Assembly: GCA_021432655.1 (NCBI GenBank)
Contig: MU271304.1
Coordinates: 62,001-99,755, forward strand
DNA from: Atractiella rhizophila
Lineage: Eukaryota
Reading direction: 5' to 3'
Length of the DNA: 37,755 bases
Under the pieces are notes generated by a model. It was not told the DNA's origin. It searched no databases and saw only the letters and a list, made by a program, of their open reading frames with translations. Shown in pieces: positions 9,588-21,187 of this stretch (its first letter is position 1; each line of letters starts with the position of its first letter). The position numbers and the translations under genes are program-made.

Positions 9588-11149
9588 ATGGAAAACGACC
9601 CTCTCTTGGTCCTACGCGCCACTCTAACCAACAAACTAACGATAACTCTTCTTGACGACTCCAGTCCCGCCAACGAAGTGTACACCATTTCAGAATGTTC
9701 CTTCCTCTCATTCCCGGTGCTGAATGAGGCTACTAATGCACGCATCACCCTCCCCAAAACCACCCCGACTCGCTTTCGGAAGCCTGGGATGTCGGGGACT
9801 GATCCAACCACGAGTCCCGCCGATTTTTACGACCTCCAAAGCTTGCTCAACGGATATTTAATGTCTAAAAAGTCTTTTGGAGAATACGTCCAGGAGTGTC
9901 ACAAGATGGGAGTCTCGTTTATCTCGGCAACGGAGAGGAAGCAGATGGTAGATTACTTGGATGGAGTTCACGAACACATTCCCTCAGTCATCGAACCTCA
10001 GTACGCAATTCAACAAGAAGGAGGATTAGTGGACATGGACGTGGGAATGGATGGAGCGGATGCAGGAGGAACTCAAATTCCGGATGAACCAAGGGGGACG
10101 AAGAGGCGATATGTTGTGGACAAAGCTGACCAGGAATTTGTTGCGAAGCTCAGTAAACTTCAAGAGGGACGCCAGATTTTGGACAGAAACACAGTTCTTC
10201 GAGGCGTAAAAAAGAATGTATGCATGTTTCCTCCGCACACGAAGTCTAATGACTTGATTCTAGAACTTTGAAAGCGTAAGAACACTCCTCGCAGATCGCA
10301 TAAAGCAATCTCGGGAAGATGCGAAACGACTTTCTCTCCTCTCGCAAAACCCGACCCCGGCGGTTCAGCCTGCAATGACACCATCACAAAAGGTGCAGGA
10401 CAAGAACAAACGTCGCCCTCTCCATCCAATTATCGTCATTTCCCCTTCCTCGACGGCACTAATAACAATGCACAATGTCAAGCATTTCCTCGAAGACGCA
10501 GTGTTCGTGCACCACTTCCCCCTCACTTTGGTTTAATCTAACTCCAAGCACAGGTTCGAATCTTCGGATCAGGCTCGAAAATCTTCAGGAATGAAGATGC
10601 CTGACGACGTCGTGGCTATCCATCACCTTCGTACGACGAGTACAATCAGCGCTTCACTCTCTTCGGGTCAAGGGATTCAACGGCAGGAGGGGCCTCAGAA
10701 AGCCGCCAAGTATTTCGTGGTCGATGGAGTGGATGCGTTGGCAAAGTTCGGAGAGGGAGAGGAGGCTTGGGATCGTGTCGTTTGTGTCATGACAACTGGA
10801 CAGGAGTGGCAGTTTCGCCCTTACAAGTGGTCTGAACCTAAAGAGCTTTTCCATCACGGTTCGTACTACTTGGGTCGTTCTGAGTATGTTGTTCTAATTT
10901 GGCACATCTATGCACTAGTCAAAGGCGTGTATGTTCGATGGACTTCTGATCCGCCCAACCCTAAAGTTCTAGGATGGAACGTAACGGAGCTGAAAGTGCG
11001 CTATATTTCTTACTTTCTGGCTGACAATACTGATATGAATGCCACAGATCGATCCACACAAGCGTCACATTGACAAGAGCGTCGTAGCTGATTTTTGGAG
11101 AAGCTTAGAAGCATGGATAGCCTCCCACAAGCCATGGCTCGCCTTCTAA
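9588..11149 (+). CDS. CDC73: Paf1-complex subunit Cdc73 (parafibromin)
   Basis: MENDPLLVLR... N-terminus, FISATERKQMVDYL, PIIVISPSSTALITMHNVKHFLE, WDRVVCVMTTGQEWQFRPYKWSEPKELF, IDPHKRHIDKSVVADFW...AF*. Confidence 0.93.
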
Positions 11150-11167
11150 ATACCACACAACGTCATC

Positions 11168-11952
11168 TTATAATGCCCGTGCATCCTTCAACTCCTCTAA
11201 TTTTCCGCTCCCTTTTAATGTTCCTGCCAAAGCTCTTTGAAGAATTGTGTTCGACGATGGGTTCAGATCGGCTGGAAGGACATTGTTCTGCATTCCTTCC
11301 ATTGAAGCGAGAATCACCGCAAGTGTTTCCATGTATCGTGGAACGGCGCCGCGTATTTCGAGAGCACCTCCAATGGCCTCCAACGCAGCTAGAGCGATAC
11401 ACATTAATAGTTTTCCTCCCAAGACCATACACGCACGAATGGGCTGGCCAAAGCGATGAAATACTTTGGCTGCTGACTCGCAAAATCCGGCTTGTTTCTG
11501 TTTCTCTGTCAGCTTAATAACCCCAGAGATAGAAAAATGTCGACAATTTCTCTCCATTCTTGTGCTATGAGAACGATATGATCTCGCTCCTGATCTGGCG
11601 GTGAAACCTGGAGCGCACAACGAAGCACTAAATCTTTTAACTCTTTATGTGTAGTCTCATTGATCGAAGGCGAATTTGCGAGCCTCAACGCCCGAGACAA
11701 ACATGTCGTGTAATCTTTGGAATAGTACGCCGCGTATGTGCTGAAGACTCCTTCAGGTTCCGTGGATTCAAACCACTGTTAGACTTCTGATCTTAGCGCA
11801 GTGCATTGCACTTGAAGCAAGTTTGAGGAACTGACATGCGGCTTGTCCAGCTTCGGGGCATAGGAAGATGCTGTAATGACAGCACGGCCTATTCTGGTCC
11901 TTGAAACGAGTAGATCATCGTCAAAGAATGGAAGCGCATCATCGTCTTCCAT
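11168..11952 (-). CDS. Small TPR-like protein resembling the C8orf76 family
   Basis: Spliced: MEDDDALPFFDDDLLVSR...SSYAPKLDKPH/WFESTEPE...AYYSKDYTTCLSRAL...ELKDLVLRCAL...DARAL*. The N-terminal FDD..L...SY.PK...P.WF pattern is recalled from C8orf76. Confidence 0.65.
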
Positions 11953-12161
11953 ACTACCTTAGCATATAATCAACCAAAATATGAATGGGAGCACGAGCAG
12001 CAAGAAGCAAGTACAAACCTGTTCCGGATCTGCAACGCCTCGAGCAAGGTTCCGACTTTATCTGTGTTTGAGTTCAATGATTTAGCGCAGCAAAATCGTA
12101 TCTGTTTATCCCGCAGCAAAGCTTGTCTGATAATTCGGACAACTGGAAACTCTACAACAAA

Positions 12162-12978
12162 ATGTCAAATGAGGCTCTCTACAACTCAGCTGCGGCTTTT
12201 TACCTTCAGGGTTCTTATGCGGAGTCTTTTCACGCTCTTTCTCTTATGGACTCCTCCACTCTGGCTGCTCGCACACTCCGAATTGCTGTCATGACTGCCC
12301 TCTATGTCCACAAAACACCTCTACACGATTCCCCCGCCGAACTTACCCTCTCTCCGAAGCAATTCCTTGACGCTCTCGTAGATGGAATTAGTGGCAGCGA
12401 AAGTCACAACGGAGCAGAAGGCCAGAGCGAAGAAGTCATGGTTGCCGTGGCTGTGGCAGCTGTCAAGATGAACGAGCGCAAATGGGCGAAAAAAAGGCTC
12501 CGTGATTGGTTAAACGACAATCAGAATGCTGGTCCCGCTCTCGATATTTATGTACTGCATGTTCTTGGTCCAAAGGATGAGGAATCATTCAGTTATATAG
12601 AAAGCTTGGAGGACGAGACCAAAAAGACCGTTCGTGCCTTTTCACCCTTACTGAGTTGGATCCTAATCTTGGCGATAGGAACTTCGAGCGCGTTTAAACA
12701 AACTGAAAATGGTTTCTGCACGTCCTGCACGCCGGAAGTCAAAAACGAAAGTCCCTTCAAACCGAACCGCTTCATTTGCTCTACAATCATCTGCGCCAAA
12801 ATCTAAGGATTCTTGGGCGTCAGTCTTCCGGTCTTACGTCGCTGCAAACAACTTGTCCAACCTGGCAACCATTGGACTGCTCTTTTCCTTTCTGTCACTT
12901 TTGTTCAAGGCCCGAAACCAAGCATTGATGAAGGTTTTAGAGGCATTGAGTTGGACCAGCAAACCAGGCATGCTGTAG
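12162..12978 (+). CDS. Tail-anchored protein, probable Pex26/Pex15-like peroxin
   Basis: Two exons (intron ~12630-12679). Contains LDIYVLHVL (resembles the Pex26 ELYxLHVL motif) and a C-terminal hydrophobic segment LATIGLLFSFLSLLF followed by basic residues. Confidence 0.55.
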
Positions 12979-13079
12979 TTCATTGGCAATGTCAATATGT
13001 ACTTGAAGGAATAATAATACACTGCCGATGGGGTACGGAATGCAGGACGTGATGAACTGTGGTTGGCAGCTTGAGAGTG

Positions 13080-16048
13080 TTAGTCCACCAGCTCTGCCAG
13101 CTTAAGAATAAAAGTTAGCAGGACCGAGCTGAAGACAGCCAGGCCAAGGACCGTTGGTCCAACGTAATCGTGATAACTGTGTCTCTATTAGCGTCAGCTG
13201 AGTGAAAACGAAAGAGTAACTGTACTCGACCGCCATTTTATTTCGGACATGCAGCACACGCCACACATGGGTATAAGCCGTGTACGCAATTCTGAGAAAT
13301 AAATCTGAGTGTTAGGCTTAGATGTAGAGGGGAGAAGAGCACGAACGCAACAAGAGCAGTCGCTGTAAAAAGAATGCTGGCGACGCTAGCTACCCAATCA
13401 TTTCCATAATTGAGGAAAGAGATAGCAATCGCAGAAATCTGATTACAGTCAGGTCAAGAACGATGTCAAGGTGATAGACGCACTACGACGCTAAACTCGA
13501 GCCAGCCAAGCGTTGTTCGCTCAAGCGCAAAGAACACCTTTGGTTCGACTCTGACTGGAACGGAGATTCTCTTGTTCTCTGGCGCTCTGAATGTGCTGGT
13601 ATATTCGATGCGTTGTCCCTCATCATGTGGCTCCATGCTCTTTCCCGAGTTCTCCAATTTGCTGGTAAGGATCTTTTGTAGTTTCTGGGGTGTGAGCTTT
13701 GTAACCTCAGCCAACTCCTTCTTCCTTCGAAGAACGGGAGGTGCATCAAGAAGAGCGCGGTCAGCAACTGTGGATTCTCGTCGTTGCCTGGCTTTCACAA
13801 TGTCTTCGCGGGGAAGATGGGTCCAAGCGGATTCATTCTCTTCATCCTTCGTAGTAGAGGTGTATCGGTCCACAAGAGCTTCAGTGTCTTCTTCGTCTTC
13901 GGAAACTGGCTCGCCATATGTTGGTGAGTCTTGGGACGAGGTTGCGGTTGTGCCGCTGTTGAGGGCTGAAGAAGAGAGTCCAGACGGACGCTCGATACCG
14001 ACAGTATTCTCCGTTGGTTCCTACAGTAGCTATGTAAGCATGGCAGGGCGTCATGAGCAATTAGAAGCTCACCTTTTTGATGTCGATGTCCATTTGAGGA
14101 AGCCAGAAAGGGAGAAGCTCCACTCGCTCCGGCAAGAGCATCGCACATCCCGTGATAAACTGCATGACGATTAGCTAGAAAACGAGTCTGCTGAGGAATG
14201 GCTGTACTTTTGAAAACTTCGGAACAGCTTCAACCTGCTCCATTGGTCAATTCCGGTGTCAAATTGAAGACAACATTGGTTACGAACAAGATGTGAGCTG
14301 ACGAGGTCGCGAACCCATTCCGGAGGTTCTTGGCCAAGTTGGGTTTGCAGTTTCACTTCAAGGACACCGTAGGGGAATCGGTGAATGTCCTCTTCTGGGA
14401 GTTGCTCGAACGGATAGTCAATGCCTAACGTGGTGATCAGATGCAATGTTCCAGCACGAAGCGGGGACTGGCAAACCGATATCAGTCCTCCTCCAATTTT
14501 TGCCAGCTCGTTCACGGCCCCAGTTATCTTCGCGGATCAAACTCAGCTCAGTGTCAAACGATATCCGGACTCTGGCGTCTCCTGGTAATTGGAAAGCGGT
14601 TCGACTAAATTTCATTCATCTCATGCTCCCATATTTCAAAGAGGCACTTACTTGTAGAAGGTGCGCATTACTGGTTGTAAGTTCTTCTCCGCCACACTCT
14701 TCTGCACTTCCTTCGCCAACCTCTTCATCCCCTCCACTTCTTTCTCACTCTTCTTCCCCTTCTTCTTCATTTCGTCAAATGTAGCATCCAAACTCAGCTT
14801 TCCACTCAAATAATCGTTCACTTGCCCCTCTTTGATCGACACCCGAGCTTTGACACTCTTTTCTCCAGTCCAATCCTCTCGGTGGGTCTTTCGCTCCACA
14901 AAGATAGTCTTTTCGGTCTCAGGCCCGTACCACCGTAATCGAATGGCTTCGGCCCCCTCGTTCTTTTCCAGGCGTCCTAGGTAAAGATCAAGAGACTCGT
15001 TATCAAAATAAATGGAGGAGATGGCGGAGTCGGATTCTTGAAATGGTTTGTCGGGATTGAACACTAGAAAAGCTCAGGGGTGCGATATGTCGCATAGAAA
15101 GGACCAACCTAGAACGGGGAGGTGTTGCAAAATGATGAGTTTCAATTCGACAAAATTGTCTGTCGGGATTCCTCAGCCAGTGGACCTTGAGACACAGAAA
15201 CGACACACCTTTGTGGACCCAATATTTGGTTGTTTGTCTGGTGAATGCGTTTTGCGACGCACCAGCGCTTGCGTCACCGACGACTGGATGTCCTCTTGTC
15301 CTGACGAGGTTGTAGAGCCTGGAAAGTTGGATGATGAGGTCGTCGTAATTCTCCCTATAGAAAGGTTGCTTGTTGAGGTATTCGGAAACAAACTGGGCTC
15401 TCAATAGACGTCCTGTTTTCTTATCATGCTTCTTCGTAATCTTCATGAACCCAGTGTAGTTCCATTGAGTGAACCTCGCTGTGTCCCGTTTAGCGGAACG
15501 CAGTTGAGATACCAAAGAAGAAGCGAACCGAGCTCATGGACGTCGCAGATAACGTTAGCCAGGTCTTCCTCTAGCTCAAGAAACCGGTTTTCAATGCCTT
15601 CATCCACGCTTCCCTCGTCATCGTCATCCGTGTCTCCTCTCTCAAGGTCCTCGTTATTCGGCTCACCATTCGCTAGTTCACCAACGTGATCCGAGCTTTC
15701 TGGAGGATGTTGACTCTTATCAGCTTCTTCCACCAGATCCTTTATACGGGTCTCAAAGACTTGAATGTGCTCTTTGATCTCTTGAATCTTTCCACCACGA
15801 CTTCAACGACACAGCTTCCCAGCATGCAGAGGAAAAGGTTGACTGACCTTCGAGAGCTGAAACCCGTTTATTTTGTCCAACTCCTTCTCCAAAAGCTCAA
15901 TAAAAGCTGTTTCTTCTTGGTCCCCCCAATCCCCTTTGCACTCCTTGAGAGTTCGCTTTATGTATTTCTTCAAGTCGCCGTAGGAAATGTAGAAAGGTCC
16001 CCATTCGACGTAATTGGTAGCATTTTTGATGGCAGCTCCAAATTTCAT
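13080..16048 (-). CDS. VTC4: Vacuolar transporter chaperone catalytic subunit (polyphosphate polymerase), SPX-VTC-DUF202
   Basis: SPX start MKFG...YISYGDLKK. Also [76 protein letters not shown] and [14 protein letters not shown]. Confidence 0.94.
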
Positions 16049-16247
16049 GCCTGTTGGTGACTTGGTGATTGGACAATAAGACAGGAACAAACAGTGAGTT
16101 TAGGAAAGAGAAGAAATCACTGGTTCAGGAACGTGCCTAAAATTGTTCCGACGTTTATCGAGCCGTCGTGAATACGCCGAACGTTGAATTATTTCAGCCA
16201 GCGTACGTGACGGACGGCGAGTACGTGTGCCAAAAATTTCATCAAGC

Positions 16248-18509
16248 ATGCCGCGAGAGTTCAGGAAGAGAGGCAAGCGCAAGCCAAAGTCCGGCCAAGA
16301 ATCAAACGAGTATCAGAAGTATCGAGAAGTCCAGGCTCCCGCGTCAGCTGCTGATATCGAATACGACGAACAAGTAGCAAACGAGCATGAGGCAGAGTTT
16401 GCTGATCCACAGACAAGTGGAAACGGGGTTGAGGGAGGGAAACAGTGGCCGCAGTTGTCGGAAGACGTGAAGGCTTATTGGAGGGGTATTGATGAGCGTA
16501 TCAGGGAGTTGGAATCTTTAGCGGGACCTTCGCAGCTGGAAGACGAGGATTCTGGTGAGAATTTGTGTTTAGCTTGTGGAACGGAGCGTGAATTGTTCAT
16601 CTGTAGATGCGTCTCTGCTTCTGCGCAATGCACTCGAGTCTTTATCTTCTTCTGACGCTTCCTCGGAACTCGCACTCGCTACTGATCCGGAAACCTCGCT
16701 AATACTCGAGCGGCTCTTGCATTCCATGAATGACTTCTCCCGCCGAGTCCTCGTCGATCGCTTTGCAGGAAACTATGTAGACCTCAGCTGCGACAGGTAC
16801 GCCAGTCATGTCCTCGAGACGATGTTCGCTGTCGCTTGGAACACGGTGGCACGAGAGAGTTCCAGTTTACTGGTACCCAGGAAGGAAGAGGTGGACAGCA
16901 TGACGGACCTCATTTCTCTAGTCACAATCGAAATTGCTCAGGATCTCGAACGTGTAGCAAAGGATCCGTTTGGATCCCATGTTCTGAAAACCTTGGTGCT
17001 GCTATTGATGGGGAAAGTGGGAGAGGGGAAGACAGAGAGAAGTAAGAAGAGCGAGAGATTTCGGAAGAAACATGTAGGGCACATAAAAGGATTAGGAGGG
17101 GAGGAAGAAGGGAAGGGAAAGGAGAGACAGGTTCAGGTTCCGGAGGAATGGAAGGCGTCAGGTGCTTCAGTTATAAACAAAGCTAGGTCATGGGGAAAGG
17201 ACCTGAGGGAACTATCATTCCAAGAGGCGGGCTGCGTCGTTGTCCAGGTATATTCTTACACTTCTGCGCCACCCTTCGCTTAAAACAGGGTTACAGGTTT
17301 TGGTAGAGCTTGAGCATGATCTACAAATGTTTGAAGACGAAGGCTCTATACTGCTCTGCCTCCTAGATCAGTCCACTCGGTCATCTTACCTTGCTGACGT
17401 CCTACGCTCCGACGGTCCGTCCCATGTCGCAGAAGCAATATTCACCTGCTGCCCATCCTCTCTTTTTCTCGACGTGTGGAAACATGATCTACTTCCATCC
17501 CTCTCTCGGCTATTGAAACACCCCATTGCTAACTACCCTCTCATCCAAGCAATTGGATGTTTGGACGAACAAGGTCTGAAGGAAGTCCTCGATGCCCTAG
17601 ATAAAGACGGCGGTATGCTTGCGGATATGGTCGATACTAAAAGGCTAGGATGCGTTCGCACACTAGGGGAAAGACTTGCGAAAATTGGATATCGTGAAGG
17701 GGAAAAGAAGTGGGTTGCCGTCATTGAGAAAGCTTTCAAAGGCGATGGCACCTGGAAAGAAGGAGAGCTTGTCGCCTGCATTATGGGGCTCACCAGGCTT
17801 GAAGTAAGCTTTCCAATCACATGCGCCAATATATATAGCTAATCGAACTGCAGTTGTATCGAAAACTTCCTATGGAGACGAGGGATCGAATCGAGACCCA
17901 AGGCGCACTACTCCTGCAAACATGGCTCATACTTCCTCCCCCTTCCAACGAACTTATCATCAAGTCACTCCTTTCCCTGTCCCCTCAACGCATAATCGAC
18001 CTCGCTCAGTCTCCAATCTCCTCTCGTGTTCTGGACGTGTTGTTGGAGTCCAACGCCGTACCACCGAAGGACAAACGAACTTCCATCCGACTTCTCATAG
18101 GTCATTACCACACGCTCGCAGACAGCAAAATTGGGAGTAGGGTCGCTGAGAATTGTTGGGCTGTCGCTGATACCTTCATGAAGGTGCGCTAAGTCATTCC
18201 ATTCTGCCCAACAGAGCTAACTTCCCATGATTGCGGTAGGAGAAGATTGTACAGAGCTTGACGGAGCATACAAGTTTCCTACATGCAAGTCAATTCGGCC
18301 ATTTCTTGGCAAAGAAGATCAACATTCCCCTTTATCTACGCAATCGGCAATCGTGGATCGAAGCAATGGCAGCTGCAGACCGATTGCAGAAGCGGGAAAC
18401 GCAGGTCGACGGTGACGAAATGCAGAAAGATCAAGGCAAGAAAAAAAGAGAGCGGGATGAGATTGATGTATTGTTTCAGGAGGTAAAAAAGAAGAAGCGG
18501 AAGGGCTGA
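16248..18509 (+). CDS. NOP9: Nucleolar PUF-like protein Nop9 (18S rRNA maturation)
   Basis: MPREFRKRGKR start, VKAYWRGIDE, ELALATDPETSLILERL, DRYASHVLET, HPIANY, SKIGSRVAENCW and C-terminal DEIDVLF. Confidence 0.9.
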
Positions 18510-18930
18510 AAAAAAGAGTGGAGGAAGTAAGATGCGGATTTCTGGCACATTGCGTTCTTAGTTGTGACGTGGAGGCTGATTATAAGTGTGGTTGCTAATA
18601 CCTCACTCTTTTATGATGCCTCTTATATACACAAGCGTCATATCATGCAAGAGGTAGTTTAAAATACGCGTCGAGGAAGTTGCATCGACACGGCTTCGTT
18701 TCACACACTGGTAGCGTTGCAGTGATTTGGCGTCAAGCTTCAGCCTCGTTAAGTTGTATGTGCGTTCGCTGGCATTCCGCTCCTCGCTCCTCTGTACTGA
18801 GCATAAAACCTCACTTGCCTTCTTCGTTGTGATCGGTGAACCGGTACCGGTCCCACGGTTAAGTGCGCATCTTTCAACCCACGTACCAACCAAGAAGCTT
18901 TACCCCAGTCAATCCTTTCTTCAGCCTATA

Positions 18931-20639
18931 ATGACAGAGACACGCACACGGCGTTCTTCATCAGTTGCTCAGTATCTTCAAGACCCGCCAAGGGATCATC
19001 ACCTGTGCGTTTTCAGCTAAACCCAGATTGGTCTGACACGCATCCAGAAACCACTTAGGACAAGCATCAGAAGATGTTTCCCCAGCGCAATTTGAGCTAG
19101 AGTCGAAAGTTAAACAAGATAGGGAGGAGACGGGCCTAGAAAAGGAATCCTCGTTCCTTGCCGACTTAATCTCACAGAGGTGGATCACAAATCCGAGTAC
19201 GTCCTTCAAGTGTCAACGGAGCAACAGAGATCGAATGAAAGTCTTCCAGAGTCATCTCTCAAGCTTCTAGTCATAATTGGTTTCTTATACGGCCTTTTTG
19301 AATATCCTCTGGCGCCATTCGTGTCTTCAAATCCCCTCCAACCACTCGTCTTTCCCTCTTACAAATTGGAACCGATTGCGGAGGATGGTGGAGTACCGAA
19401 GTACGGGAAGGGACTGAAAGACATTGTGTTCTTGCTCTTTGGAATCATAGTCTTCAGCTTCGTACGACAGTCGTTCACTTTATGGGTTTGCAAGTGAGTT
19501 TTCCTTCTGCTCCTCAAATCTGAATGGGGCGAAATGGGCCGGTGCCTGGTCTGGTAGGCCGTTTGCACGATGGATGGGGATCAAGAGCGAAGCAAAGCTT
19601 TCTCGGTTCATGGAACAAGGTTATGCTGTCTTCTACTTCGGCTGCACCACAATTGCAGGACTAGTGCGCGGGCTCATTGCTCTTCCCCTCTACCTGCCGT
19701 TTAATCATTTGTACAGTATGTTATGTCGCGAACACCAACGTGGTGGTACGATACAAAACACTTTTGGATCGGTTATCCCCATTGGCGCATGAATCTCGAT
19801 CTTAAGGCTTACTACCTCATACAGTTCTCATACTGGCTGCAGCAGGCCCTCGTGCTGGTGCTTTTGCTCGAGAAGCCGAGAAGTGATTTCTACGAGCTCA
19901 TCGGTCATGTATGTCTTTCTGCTCTTGGAGACGCAAAGATTGATATCCTCATTAGCACATTGTTACTCTTTGGTTGATTGGCTGGAGCTACGGTATCAAC
20001 CTGAATCAGATAGGATGTGCCGTTTTTGTGTCAATGGACTGGGCCGACACAAGCCTTGCGGTCTCACTTAATTTCATCCTTGGGTGATCTGTAGAGCTGA
20101 CGTCTGCTTTCAGCTGGCCAAGTGCTTCAACTATCTGAAGTATGAGATGACGGCAAATACACTCTTCGTGCTGTTTATTGGAACGTGGTCGTACGTGCAG
20201 TGTTAAATTTTGCTTCCACCAGTAGAGTTGACCAACAACGCAGATATTTTCGAATATATCAAAACATTCGCATACTTATTTCTGTCTGGTTCGAATTCGA
20301 CCTCATTCCTGCCTACGCTAAACAATTTACTCCTCACCTCGGAGTGTGGTTAACATGGTGGATGAAATACCAAATCTTTGTACCACTCTTTCTCCTTTTA
20401 TGTCTGAACTTATGTATGTGCTCTCCTCTTTCCCAGACTCAGATGCTGATGAAAGAGGGCAGTCTGGTATGTTCCTCTTGATCAGATTATCGGTAACAAC
20501 GATTAATGATCGTTGAAGGTACTTCTTAATCTGGCGCATTGCCTTTCGTACGATATTCAGAGGAAAGTCTGCAGAAGATGAGAGAGAGGAAGGTGAATCG
20601 GACGACGAAGAAGACCTACAGGAGAAGAAGAAGAAGTGA
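18931..20639 (+). CDS. Ceramide synthase (TLC/Lag1p domain), paralog 1
   Basis: KYGKGLKD, RFMEQGY, Lag1 motif EKPRSDFYELIGH/HIVTLWLIGWSY...MDWAD, C-terminal DEREEGE...KKKK*. Confidence 0.93.
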
Positions 20640-21187
20640 TCTTCGCGTGAACGTTTACATATGGTTGTAGGTAGAAAAGTAGTTTGATGGTGGGAGCCGT
20701 TTCCATATAGCAGGGCTAATAATGTCAAATGCAGCCTCTGCACAACCGTGCATGCTGAATTCTCAGCTGATGCGTACCGTGACTCACAGAGGGAGATATT
20801 GGCACCGCACCGAAGACCCCAGCACCTGAGCGAGCGAAAGCTCTTCCTTCGCCTCCAATAGCCAGCAATCCCTGGCCTCTCGCCTCCTGCCTCATAATTA
20901 TCCAGCCGGGACCTATCTTACTTCCAATCCTTCGATGATCTCTTCTCGGGCGTGATGCCAGCTTCAGATGGCTCTTTCCAATGAGCTTCTCACTAGGCTC
21001 CCTGGACACCATCCTTTCGGATTTGTAAACGGCTGGAGATGTTTTGTCAATGGGGAAGTCAAGAGCTGGGTTCAGGACTGAAGATTAAGATTATATACCT
21101 TTGTCGTGCCTTCGCGTTTGTCACGCGAACTTCCGGTACCCTTTTATTGCTACACTCTCCAGGAAGCCCTAGCTCAATAATTAAAAA

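Larger units (their letters stand above)
6988..9601 (+). repeat. Tandem segmental duplication, copy B
   Basis: Matches 4363-6986 and continues into the intact CDC73 gene. Confidence 0.96.

Noticed and set aside
10956..10964. CAACCCTAA, and CTAACCCT at ~22926, as telomerase RNA templates
   Set aside because: The first lies in CDC73 coding sequence (PNPK). The second is 8 nt in a 115-bp convergent gap. Both are expected by chance.
13572..14174. Long ORFs antisense to real genes (also 25997-26497 and 36038-36580)
   Set aside because: Shadows of VTC4, RPP0 and LPD1 coding exons on the opposite strand.
20725..21012. 95-aa minus-strand ORF between the ceramide synthase paralogs (similarly 26989-27291)
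   Set aside because: No recognisable family or motif; consistent with chance intergenic ORFs.
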